From NCBI GenBank assembly GCA_039811685.1, contig JBDHZC010000001.1, positions 672,001-736,000 of the forward strand: a stretch of 64,000 nucleotides of DNA, written 5' to 3'. The notes beneath the pieces are model-generated. The model was not told the DNA's origin. It searched no databases and worked only from the letters and a program-made list of their open reading frames with translations. How positions within the stretch are numbered: position 1 is the stretch's first letter; each line of letters begins with the position of its first letter. The DNA is from Armatimonadota bacterium (GTDB lineage: Bacteria; Armatimonadota; UBA5829; DSUL01). Made by a program: the position numbers and the translations under genes. Positions 30,210-39,112 of the stretch are shown piece by piece.

Positions 30210-31492
30210 GTGACTGGACCATTCGTGGAAAGCAGGCGTTCTCCGGCGATATTCAGGTTCCAGGAGACAAATCCATCTCCCACCGCGCCGTCATGATTGG
30301 CTCACTGGCGGCAGGCGAAACGCACATTACCAATTTTCTGCCCTCTGAGGACTGCAAACGAACTGTCGCTGTGTTCCGCTCGCTGGGTGTAGATATTGCA
30401 GAGCGGTCCGCCACGGATATCAGTGTGCGCGGCGGCAGCTTGAGTGAACCTGACGACGTGCTGGATATGGGCAACTCCGGCACTGGCTTGCGCCTGCTTG
30501 CGGGAGTCCTTGCCGGCCAGCCGTTTCTGGCTGTCGTCACCGGAGACAAGAGTATCCGGCAACGGCCAATGAAGCGCGTCTGCGAGCCTTTGAGAAAAAT
30601 GGGGGCTACGATCTTTGCGCGCAGCGGCGACCTAGCGCCGCTGGCTGTCCGCGGTGGCTATCTGAAAGGCATTGATCTGGAAAGTCCCATCGCGAGCGCG
30701 CAGGTGAAATCCAGCGTACTGCTGGCCGGCCTGTTTGCAGACGGGCAAACGACCGTGACTGAGCCCAGCCCGTCACGTGACCATACAGAGCGCATGCTGC
30801 GGGCGTTCGGAGCCGATCTCAAACGCGAAGAGCGCAGTGTGACGCTACAGCCGGGCAGCCAACTTAGAGGACGCACTGTAGAAGTGCCGGGAGATATTTC
30901 ATCCGCCGCGTTTTTCATTGTTGGCGCGCTGATCACTCCCGGGTCTGCACTGCGCATCCACAATGTCGGTGTGAATCCGACGCGCACCGGGCTCCTTGAT
31001 GCGCTCAGCGCTATGGGAGCCGAGTTGTCCCTTGAGGATCAACGGGAGGCAAGCGGGGAGCCCGTTGCGACGATAGTCGTGCGGCACTCCGAGCTGAAAG
31101 GCACGCGTTTTGGCGGAGCGATCATTCCGCGGATGATTGACGAGATCCCAGCGCTGGCGCTGGCCGCAGCTTTTGCAGAGGACGACACGGTTATCGAAGA
31201 TATTGGGGAGTTGCGCGTAAAGGAATCTGACAGAATAAGCACAGTCACCTCCGCTCTGCGAGAGATGGGCGCCCGAATACACCCCCAGGTTGAAGGCCTG
31301 ATTATTGAAGGCGGCGGGCCTCTGACGCCCGCGACGGTGGATTCGCATGGCGACCACCGCATTGCTATGATGTCGGCCATCGCGGCAACTACGACTGAGG
31401 GTGAGACGATTGTGCGTGACACGGACTGCGTAAACACGTCATTTCCAGGTTTTCTCGATCTGCTTCACAGGGCGACGGGGATGGGCTCCTGA
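30206..31492 (+). CDS. aroA: EPSP synthase
   Basis: PGDKSISHR, ASAQVKS, RDHTE, ELRVKESDR and DHRIAM motifs. Confidence 0.97.
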   Translation: MSDWTIRGKQAFSGDIQVPGDKSISHRAVMIGSLAAGETHITNFLPSEDCKRTVAVFRSLGVDIAERSATDISVRGGSLSEPDDVLDMGNSGTGLRLLAGVLAGQPFLAVVTGDKSIRQRPMKRVCEPLRKMGATIFARSGDLAPLAVRGGYLKGIDLESPIASAQVKSSVLLAGLFADGQTTVTEPSPSRDHTERMLRAFGADLKREERSVTLQPGSQLRGRTVEVPGDISSAAFFIVGALITPGSALRIHNVGVNPTRTGLLDALSAMGAELSLEDQREASGEPVATIVVRHSELKGTRFGGAIIPRMIDEIPALALAAAFAEDDTVIEDIGELRVKESDRISTVTSALREMGARIHPQVEGLIIEGGGPLTPATVDSHGDHRIAMMSAIAATTTEGETIVRDTDCVNTSFPGFLDLLHRATGMGS

Positions 31493-31493
31493 T

Positions 31494-32174
31494 ATGACCG
31501 GTTTCGATGTGATTACTGTTGACGGCCCGGCTGCGGCAGGAAAGAGTACAGTCGCATCGCTTCTGGCGAGCAGATTGGGTTGGCGGCATCTGGACACCGG
31601 AGCGACTTACCGAGCAGTCGCGGCGGCAGCATTAAAAAAGGGCATCCAAAGCGATGACACCCAGGGGCTGTCTCAGCTTGTAGCGAGCTTGCGCCTCGAT
31701 ATTCTGGATGAGCAAACTGGCAGCCGAATACTTGCTGACGGCGAAGACGTTACAGACCTCATTCGCACGCCCGAAGTGTCGCGAGCGTCCTCACCCGTAT
31801 CGGCCGTTCCAGCGGTGCGGGAGCGTCTTGTGGCATTGCAGCGTGAATTGGCGAGAAATCGCAACACCGTGGCTGAAGGCCGTGACCTGGGAACAGTCGT
31901 CTTTCCGGATGCCGTTGTCAAAATATACCTCACGGCGGGAGCCGAGGAGCGCGCACGACGAAGATACAAAGACTTTCAGGCGCAGAACAAGGACATCTCG
32001 TATGAAAAAGTCCTGTCTGAAATCCAGGAGCGCGACCAGCGAGACTCAACGCGCGCCCACAGCCCCTTACGCCCCGCCGAAGACGCCCATGTCATAAATA
32101 CGGACACGCTGACGCCAGAAGACATCGCCGAGCAGATTGTCCACCTCTATCACGATCGCTGTGTTCGAGCCTAA
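31494..32174 (+). CDS. cmk: cytidylate kinase
   Basis: DGPAAAGKST, LDTGATYR, EGRDLGTVVFP and RDQRDSTR motifs. Confidence 0.96.
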   Translation: MTGFDVITVDGPAAAGKSTVASLLASRLGWRHLDTGATYRAVAAAALKKGIQSDDTQGLSQLVASLRLDILDEQTGSRILADGEDVTDLIRTPEVSRASSPVSAVPAVRERLVALQRELARNRNTVAEGRDLGTVVFPDAVVKIYLTAGAEERARRRYKDFQAQNKDISYEKVLSEIQERDQRDSTRAHSPLRPAEDAHVINTDTLTPEDIAEQIVHLYHDRCVRA

Positions 32175-32826
32175 TCCCGTCTATCTGCTGATTCGCGGAG
32201 GCTTCCGCATCTTTTTCCGACTGTTTGGATCGTGGCGGATCACAGGGCATGAGAACATCCCTGAGTCCGGACCAGTCATCATCATCAGCAACCACGTGAG
32301 CTACCTTGACCCTCCGCTGATGGGCTCCGCTGTGAAGCGGCCGGTAGCTTACATGGCCAAACGGGAGTTGTTCACTCAGTCAAGAGCTCTGGCATGGGTT
32401 TGCCGCAAGCTCGAAGCCTATCCTGTGCGGCAGGGCATGGCGGATAGAGAAGCGCTGCGACAGACCTACGACCGCCTGAACAAGGGCTGGATGGTTGGAA
32501 TCTTCCCGGAGGGCCACCGCAGCGACTCTGGCGACCTGCAGGAGTTTCAGCCCGGCATGGCCGTGATTGCACTGAAGAGCAGAGCGCCAGTCGTGCCATG
32601 TGGCTTTTGTGGGACGCACGAAATGCTTCCACCTCACGCCAAAATCATCCACCGCAGCCATATCGAAGTGCAGTTCGGTCCGCCGCTGGATTTGTCTGAC
32701 CTCTACGACGCCGAAGACCGAAAAGCTGCTGTTGTTGAAGCCACAACCCGCGCGCACGCAGCTGTTTCGGCGCTTGTCGCAAGCTCCGTGAGCGCACGAG
32801 AGAGTACGCGCAGAAAAAGCCTGTGA
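32161..32826 (+). CDS. plsC: 1-acyl-sn-glycerol-3-phosphate acyltransferase
   Basis: NHVSYLDP and IFPEG motifs; follows cmk. Confidence 0.9.
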   Translation: MFEPNPVYLLIRGGFRIFFRLFGSWRITGHENIPESGPVIIISNHVSYLDPPLMGSAVKRPVAYMAKRELFTQSRALAWVCRKLEAYPVRQGMADREALRQTYDRLNKGWMVGIFPEGHRSDSGDLQEFQPGMAVIALKSRAPVVPCGFCGTHEMLPPHAKIIHRSHIEVQFGPPLDLSDLYDAEDRKAAVVEATTRAHAAVSALVASSVSARESTRRKSL

Positions 32827-32836
32827 GTCGAGTGGA

Positions 32837-33955
32837 CTAGACCTGGTCCAACCCCTCTTGAAGTTGCATTGGCATAACCACACACAAGTAGCCGTCGTCT
32901 GCGTCGGCAGGGCGTACAACAGTCGGGGAAAGCGGCCCGTCCATGTCCATCTGGACTCCTTCGCTATCAATGACGTTTAGAACATCCAGCAGGAACCCGG
33001 CATTGAAAGCGATTTCGATATCATCGCCTTCGCGCACTGCCTCAACCTCTTCATAGGCCTGCCCCACAGTCCCGGAACGCGCCCGGATGGACACTTTTTC
33101 TCCGGAAGTCTTGAGTACAGCACGGCTCAGATCTGCCCGCGCAACGATCTCCGCGCGGCGGACAGCCGGTAGAAAGAGAGCGGTGGGCACGACAATGCGT
33201 TTGTCGCTTTCTGTTGGAATCACGCGTTCGTAGTTGGGGTACTGCCCCTCAATGAGCGTGGCTGTGAGGGTGAGCGTCCCGAGGGTGAACATCACCTGGC
33301 GCTCTGAAATGTGAACTCGCACGTCACCCTCATCTGTAAGCAGTCGGCTGAGCTCGTTAATTGCGCGCGAAGGAACGACAGCCCTGGCTTCGCCTTCGCC
33401 CGCCTTTACCATACGGGTGTCAACAGCCAGCCTGTGGGTGTCGGTCGCGACGCACTTCAGAGTGTCTCCAGAGTACACAAACAAGACTCCGAGGAGAATA
33501 GCTCGCAACTCATCAACCGAACAGGCGAACTCTGTTCGGCGCAAGCCCGTGCGCAACTGCTTTGCTTCAATCTCGAACCAAGTTGTGTCCGGCACCTCCG
33601 GCAGCCCTGGAAACTCGGATGGAGACAGGCTGACAATCTGGAACTCTGATGGTGGGCAAGACACTCTGACCTGATTGCCTTCCGTGGATTCCAGAATGAC
33701 ATCAGCCTCCGGAAGCGAAGAGATCACTTCTGCCGCAAAGCTCGCCGGCAGCGCGAGCTCGCCTTCTTCGAGCACCTGCGCCGGCACAGTGGTCGAAATG
33801 CCAATCTGGTGATCGGTGGCGCTGAAACGAAGCGAGTTGCCTTCGGATGCAATCAGAACGTGCGACAGAATCGGCAGGGCTGTGCGGCCTCTAATGGCGT
33901 GGGCCGCCGTCCGGATGCCGTCTAACAGATGTTTCTTACTTATGCTGGCTTTCAT
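32837..33955 (-). CDS. dnaN: DNA polymerase III beta sliding clamp
   Basis: LPILSHVLI, VATDTHRLA, LIEGQYPNYERVIP, IAFNAGFLLDVL and VVMPM motifs; start at MKASISK. Confidence 0.93.
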   Translation of the reverse strand: MKASISKKHLLDGIRTAAHAIRGRTALPILSHVLIASEGNSLRFSATDHQIGISTTVPAQVLEEGELALPASFAAEVISSLPEADVILESTEGNQVRVSCPPSEFQIVSLSPSEFPGLPEVPDTTWFEIEAKQLRTGLRRTEFACSVDELRAILLGVLFVYSGDTLKCVATDTHRLAVDTRMVKAGEGEARAVVPSRAINELSRLLTDEGDVRVHISERQVMFTLGTLTLTATLIEGQYPNYERVIPTESDKRIVVPTALFLPAVRRAEIVARADLSRAVLKTSGEKVSIRARSGTVGQAYEEVEAVREGDDIEIAFNAGFLLDVLNVIDSEGVQMDMDGPLSPTVVRPADADDGYLCVVMPMQLQEGLDQV

Positions 33956-34046
33956 CGAACGTCCCCCGCAACGCGTGTCATCGAACCTTCCTCCAAGAGT
34001 GAATCGTGCGCCTGAAAACGGTCTGTCTTCAGTGGTACGCCGGCAG

Positions 34047-34075
34047 AGTATAGCACTATAAGCCGCCCTCTTCAA
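34047..34075 (-). promoter_or_regulatory. sigma70-type promoter for dnaN
   Basis: TTGAAG-N17-TATACT with an extended -10 TG. Confidence 0.55.
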
Positions 34076-34115
34076 CATCCGGCGACGCGGATTCAGTCCT
34101 GATGAATGCCCTGAT

Positions 34116-35144
34116 CTATCGGCCTCGCAGAGCTTTGAGAGCGCCTCGAAAAACCGCGCGGACTGGAGACCCTTGAGCAAAGGCCTCTGCTATGGCGTAG
34201 AGGCAATGAGGCGTGAAGGATGGCTCATTCGAAATCGAGTATATATTTTCCCAGGCATCCGGCTGGAACTTGGACTTAAAAGCCTCCAGACCCTGGAAGT
34301 TGTAGAACCGCCGCCCGGCATACCGGACAGAGCGCAGGACAGACCGCAACCATAATGGATTCGCGTTTTCCAGAGCTGCGCGGCGGAAGGACAAAGGCAC
34401 AAGCCCCATCGTTAGATAGTGGGCTCCTTCGGCAGACACTGTGCGCACGGCGGTATCCAGCGCGAGCTCAATCGCTCCGTTGGGCGCGCCCTGCCCCCTT
34501 GGAAACTGTTCTGTCAGCCAACCATTGCGGCGTGGTATCGGCGTCAACACGACAAACGCGACAGGATGCGATTTGAGTTCGGCGACAAATACCCGTCTGT
34601 CAAAGAGACGAGTCAGCGTCATGGGCTCGACAAGAAAATGAAGTGGAGGCAGCCCACGGCTCTGTAGCCATTGATCCAGAACATCCGCGAGCGCTTGGCT
34701 GTTTTCAGCGCGCTGCGGCGGCCATTCGGAAACTGTCACACCTTTGTTTCTCGCGCGAAAGAGCTGCGCTCTCAGGGAGGCGTGAGAGTCCACGGCCTTG
34801 CCCCAACGCGGAGGACGCCAGACGGGCTGGGAACCCAGGACTACGGTTGAGTGCTCGGGAGAATCCGCCAGAACAGAGCGTATACGGCCCGCCGCGCCGA
34901 AATAGCAGGTCTTACAGCGGTCGCTTGCACAGTCTGCCTCCCACTCTCTGACAACATCCATGAGACGCGCGGAGCTACAGATAGGCGCACCGGCTACAAC
35001 GCGAAAACCTGCCGCCTCAACATAGCCAATTACGGCGTCTCCAGAGGCGGAAAACCAGAGCCGAATTCCGGGATTGAGAATCTGATGGCACGTGGCATTC
35101 CAGCCGAAGTTCCTGACCAGACTCCGCGCTTTATCTGTGGCTAG
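34116..35144 (-). CDS. DUF2156 / MprF C-terminal-like aminoacyl-phosphatidylglycerol synthase domain protein (start codon unclear)
   Basis: APNGAIELAL, TMGLVPL and FYNFQGLEAFKSKFQP motifs; a family-like frame extends ~60 codons upstream of ATG 34961 with no ATG/GTG/TTG. Confidence 0.75.
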   Translation of the reverse strand, partial: LATDKARSLVRNFGWNATCHQILNPGIRLWFSASGDAVIGYVEAAGFRVVAGAPICSSARLMDVVREWEADCASDRCKTCYFGAAGRIRSVLADSPEHSTVVLGSQPVWRPPRWGKAVDSHASLRAQLFRARNKGVTVSEWPPQRAENSQALADVLDQWLQSRGLPPLHFLVEPMTLTRLFDRRVFVAELKSHPVAFVVLTPIPRRNGWLTEQFPRGQGAPNGAIELALDTAVRTVSAEGAHYLTMGLVPLSFRRAALENANPLWLRSVLRSVRYAGRRFYNFQGLEAFKSKFQPDAWENIYSISNEPSFTPHCLYAIAEAFAQGSPVRAVFRGALKALRGR

Positions 35145-35589
35145 GTTTGAATAATAATCGACCTGTATAGTTAGACTAATTGTGCTGCTTCAATTTGCGG
35201 ACTGTCTTCGCCGGGGTCACTGAGACACATAACCGGATCAAGGCCAATACGCCGCGACTTAGCCGGCTCAAAGCCTGCAAGGATATTTCCCAGAAATGAG
35301 AGAGATCACTCCGAGCTGGAAGATTCGCTCCAGAGGGACAAATCTGATGTCACAGTCCGGAGCAACATAGCATAGCCAGGATACTGGCGAGGACGCCACA
35401 GTTTTGGATGGCGCCTGTCTCTTGGTGGTAGATTCGCCAGTGTAGCGATTGTGCGGATCCCAGTGCCACACTTTGATTGAGGGGAGAGAGCTTCGCAGGG
35501 CAGGATGCGCAGGCGCGGCCAGCCAAGTATACTCCAAGCCGACAGCCTTGAGCGTAGTCACCTGCGGATAGCGGCCCGGACTCCCAACC

Positions 35590-36270
35590 ATGCCCAAACA
35601 GTCAATCCTCAGCGCCATTCGACTCTGCCCTCTCTTCAGCACACTGGATGAACAGATGCTCGAAGAGATCGCCGAAGTCGCTCGCATCCGCGAATTTGAG
35701 GCGCGACAGACTATCTTCAACGAGGGTGACCCCTGCACAGGTTTCTACGCGGTGATTGACGGGACTGTCAAAGTGTACCGCCTCTCGGCAAAGGGGAAGG
35801 AACACGTATTGCATCTGCTGGGCCCAGGAGACACGTTCGCAGAAGCGGCAATGTTTCTGGACACAGACTTTCTGGCCCATGCCACTGCCATCAAGCCCTC
35901 GCGAACGCTATTCCTGCCAAAAGAGCCTTTTCTGGGGCTGCTGAAACACAGGACAGAAATCGCCGTGAGGATGCTCGCAAGCATGGCGATTATTCTTCAG
36001 CGGATGGTGTCGCATGTGGAAGTGCTGGCGCTCAAGGACGCATCCGAGCGCCTGGCTCAGTTCTTGCTCGAGAAGCAGTCTGAATCGGCCGTTCGCCTCC
36101 GCGTTCCCAAGGCCGTGATCGCTTCCCACCTCGGAATATCTCCGGAGACGCTCAGCCGGCTCTTTCTCAAGATGGAAGGGTTGGGAGTAGCTCGAGTTTC
36201 CGGCCGAACAATCTACGTTGAAGATGCTGAACGCCTCAAAGAAATTGCGGCTGGTAAGCTGGTAGAGTAA
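35590..36270 (+). CDS. Crp/Fnr family transcriptional regulator (DNR/HcpR-like)
   Basis: cNMP-binding fold IFNEGD..GTVKVYR..PGDTFAEAA; HTH IASHLGISPETLSR. Confidence 0.92.
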   Translation: MPKQSILSAIRLCPLFSTLDEQMLEEIAEVARIREFEARQTIFNEGDPCTGFYAVIDGTVKVYRLSAKGKEHVLHLLGPGDTFAEAAMFLDTDFLAHATAIKPSRTLFLPKEPFLGLLKHRTEIAVRMLASMAIILQRMVSHVEVLALKDASERLAQFLLEKQSESAVRLRVPKAVIASHLGISPETLSRLFLKMEGLGVARVSGRTIYVEDAERLKEIAAGKLVE

Positions 36271-36356
36271 CTGAACAAGACTGCTCAGGCAGGAATATCT
36301 GACCCGGCGTGGAAATGGCGTGCAGCGTTACTACCAATTGCTGGAGGATTTCAATA

Positions 36357-37451
36357 ATGAGCATTCTACCTGTCCACGCCCTTAGCGGCCTTACTGTCGC
36401 ACGTGATTTTGCAGCTGCGCGAGTCAGCAGTTGGGACACGAGAGGACGCAACGCCGACTACTGGCATATCGAACCAGGTGAAACGAGAGTGCTGGCCGAT
36501 CTGAAAGGCGCTGGGGTTATCAGCCATATCTGGTTTACCATCAATTCGCCCGACAAACTGTATCTTCGCAAACTGGTGTTGAGAATCTACTGGGATGGTG
36601 AGGCCTCACCGTCAGTTGAAGCCCCAGTTGGAGATTTCTTCGGTCTGGGACACGCCCGGGCTTACTCTTACCAATGCGTACCGTTCAACACAAGCTGTCA
36701 TGGCAAAGGCAATCTGGGTGGCGGAGTCGCGATGAACTGTTGGTGGCAGATGCCTTTCCACAAGAGCGCTCGGGTCGAGATTGAGAACCAGCAGGAAGAA
36801 CCGGTACGCTCTTTCTATTTTTACATTGACTATCAGAAGCATCAGTCGCTATCTGAAGATACACTGCATTTCCACGCACAGTGGAGACGAGAAAATCCCT
36901 GTGATGGATGGACTGGCGAGGGCAGCTACTGGGGATCGCGTGCGTGGGCGCTGCGTGAGCAGGGTGAGAGCGGCGTGAATCTGAGCGACGAGAAAAACTA
37001 TCTGATTCTGGAGGCTGAGGGGCGCGGGCACTACGTCGGTGTGAACTTCGCCATTGACCATCAGGCCAGAGGCTGGTGGGGTGAAGGCGACGACATGATC
37101 TTTATCGACCGGGATGGCGAGCGCGCCTGGCCACCAGACATGCATGGAACTGGCAGCGAGGACTATCTGGCACAGGCATGGGGCATGCAGAACAACGCGC
37201 ATATGTACAACGGTCAGTCCTGGGCGGAGTTGGAGGACAACTTCAATGATTGGGGCAAGGTTTGCGTGTACCGTTACCACATTGTAGATCCGATTCCATT
37301 CACGAAGAATATCCGGGTATCTATCGAGCACGGGCACGCAAACGACCGCTCCGATGACTGGAGTTCGACGGCGTACTGGTATCAGACGGAGCCGCACAAG
37401 GTCTTTCCGCCTCTGCCGTCGATGGATCTGCGGCTGCCAAACTTCCTGTAG
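36357..37451 (+). CDS. DUF2961 / glycoside hydrolase family 172-like protein
   Basis: GVISHIWFT, YWDGEASPSVEAPVGDFFG, WWGEGDDMIF, GTGSEDY and YRYHIVDPIPF motifs; start after GGAGG. Confidence 0.88.
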   Translation: MSILPVHALSGLTVARDFAAARVSSWDTRGRNADYWHIEPGETRVLADLKGAGVISHIWFTINSPDKLYLRKLVLRIYWDGEASPSVEAPVGDFFGLGHARAYSYQCVPFNTSCHGKGNLGGGVAMNCWWQMPFHKSARVEIENQQEEPVRSFYFYIDYQKHQSLSEDTLHFHAQWRRENPCDGWTGEGSYWGSRAWALREQGESGVNLSDEKNYLILEAEGRGHYVGVNFAIDHQARGWWGEGDDMIFIDRDGERAWPPDMHGTGSEDYLAQAWGMQNNAHMYNGQSWAELEDNFNDWGKVCVYRYHIVDPIPFTKNIRVSIEHGHANDRSDDWSSTAYWYQTEPHKVFPPLPSMDLRLPNFL

Positions 37452-37498
37452 ATCTCTGCAGAAAGCTAGCAGACTGCAATCGCAGTGACGCCTTGTCT

Positions 37499-37538
37499 AC
37501 TCGCCTGGAAGGCCGCCGGTTTTTCAGGCGAGTTTTGT
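37499..37538 (+). terminator. putative intrinsic terminator after the DUF2961 gene
   Basis: Stem ACTCGCCTGGAAGGCC/GGTTTTTCAGGCGAGT (with G-U pairs) followed by TTTGT. Confidence 0.5.
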
Positions 37539-37587
37539 CTCTGAGAGCATGAAAAAGTGACTCAGAGAAGAAGCAAGCAGAGACTAT

Positions 37588-38088
37588 TTGCGCCACAAAG
37601 AGACTGACAAACACTCACCGGAGCAACGACTGATTTTGGCGGGACTTGAGTTACCTCCCGCTCCAAAGCCCTCCGGCCTCTACCGTCCGGTAATTCTCAC
37701 AGGCCTCACCGTCTGGACATCCGGGCACGCTCCTGCGCGCGTGGATGGTTCCCGTTATGCGGGACGAATCGGCGAGACCCTGTCGGTGGAGGAGGGAAAA
37801 GAGGCGGCGCGTTTGTGTGCGCTGGGCATTCTGTCGTCACTGCGCGAGGCGCTTAGAACGCTGGACAGAGTGCAGCGCGTGGTGCGCGTCTTTGGCGCTG
37901 TGAATGCTGTGCCGGAGTTCACCCAGCATCCTGCCGTGCTGGACGGCTGCAGTGAGGTCTTTTCGACGGTCTTTGGGGAAGCCGCAGGAACCTCTGTCAG
38001 GTCAGCAGTCGGAGTGAGCTCACTCCCCGGCAATGCGCCCTGTCAAATTGAAGCTGTATTTCTACTGAATGAGGCTCAGAGTGACTGA
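37588..38088 (+). CDS. RidA/YjgF/UK114 family protein
   Basis: LELPPAPKPSGLY..SGH..FTQHPAVLDGCSE..RSAVGVSSLPGNAP. Confidence 0.88.
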   Translation: MRHKETDKHSPEQRLILAGLELPPAPKPSGLYRPVILTGLTVWTSGHAPARVDGSRYAGRIGETLSVEEGKEAARLCALGILSSLREALRTLDRVQRVVRVFGAVNAVPEFTQHPAVLDGCSEVFSTVFGEAAGTSVRSAVGVSSLPGNAPCQIEAVFLLNEAQSD

Positions 38089-39076
38089 CAACGCATTTCC
38101 AGAGTTGCCAATCGAAGAGTTGCTAAGACGCGTACAGGACGCCCGAAAACGGATTTGTGCGCACATGCACCTGACTCCGATATTTCAATCGTCGGCTCTG
38201 GATAACGCGGTTGGCACACAGGTCTTTCTGAAATGCGAGAGCTTTCAGGTGGGAGGCGCTTTCAAGTTTCGAGGTGCGTATAACGCTCTCTCTCAGATTT
38301 CTGACGCCAGGCGGCCACGAGGGGTTGTCGCTTATTCGTCCGGCAACCATGCTCAAGCCGTCGCTCGCGCCGGACAGATGCTTGGAATTCCGGTGACAGT
38401 TGTGATGCCGGACGGCTCATCAGAGACCAAGAGACAGGCTACGCAAGGCTACGGCGCGAAGGTAGTGCGCTGCCCAGTGAGTGAACGTGAAGAGGTCGCA
38501 CGGCAGCTTCAGCAGGACACAGGCGCGACGCTGATTCCTCCCTTTGATCATCCCGAGGTCATTTGTGGACAGGGGACCCTGGCTCTTGAGATGCTCGAGC
38601 AGCTACCCGACCTGTTGGCTGTTCTGGCGCCAGTGGGGGGCGGAGGGCTGATCAGCGGCGTGGCAATTGCGCTCAAAGCGCTCAACCCGAAATGTGAGGT
38701 CGTCGGAGTTGAGCCTGCTCAATGTGACGATGCCGCTCGATCTCTTGCCAGCGGCCGCATCGAAACGTGTGACAGTTGCGCATCTATCGCGGATGGGACG
38801 CGCACGCGCTCGCTTGGCCGGATTACCTTTCCGATCGTGCGTCGCTTCGTAGACAGAATTGTCACGGTGAGCGAAGAGGCAATCGCCGAAGCAGTCCGTT
38901 TCCTGTTCTACAGAATGAAGCTGGTCGTAGAGCCGTCGGGCGCACTTGGCGTTGCGGCGTTGATGTCCGGATCGTACAAGTGTAGCGGTAACACTGGCGT
39001 CGTCATCTCCGGTGGAAATGTGGATGGGTCGCTTATGGCTTCCATTCTGACCTCAGCCGCGCCGCGGGGAGACTAG
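38081..39076 (+). CDS. PLP-dependent serine/threonine dehydratase family (threo-3-hydroxyaspartate ammonia-lyase-like)
   Basis: KCESFQVGGAFKFRGA, SSGNHAQ, PVGGGGLISG, VVEPSGA and SGGN motifs; no ACT domain. Confidence 0.9.
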   Translation: MTDNAFPELPIEELLRRVQDARKRICAHMHLTPIFQSSALDNAVGTQVFLKCESFQVGGAFKFRGAYNALSQISDARRPRGVVAYSSGNHAQAVARAGQMLGIPVTVVMPDGSSETKRQATQGYGAKVVRCPVSEREEVARQLQQDTGATLIPPFDHPEVICGQGTLALEMLEQLPDLLAVLAPVGGGGLISGVAIALKALNPKCEVVGVEPAQCDDAARSLASGRIETCDSCASIADGTRTRSLGRITFPIVRRFVDRIVTVSEEAIAEAVRFLFYRMKLVVEPSGALGVAALMSGSYKCSGNTGVVISGGNVDGSLMASILTSAAPRGD

Positions 39077-39112
39077 GCCGGCTACGGTTTTGCATCCGTG
39101 GCGATACCGGGA

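Noticed and set aside
33956..34180. N-terminal extensions of dnaN and DAHP synthase (27958-28131) in the ORF track
   Set aside because: They overlap promoter-like elements and are not family-like; treated as over-called starts
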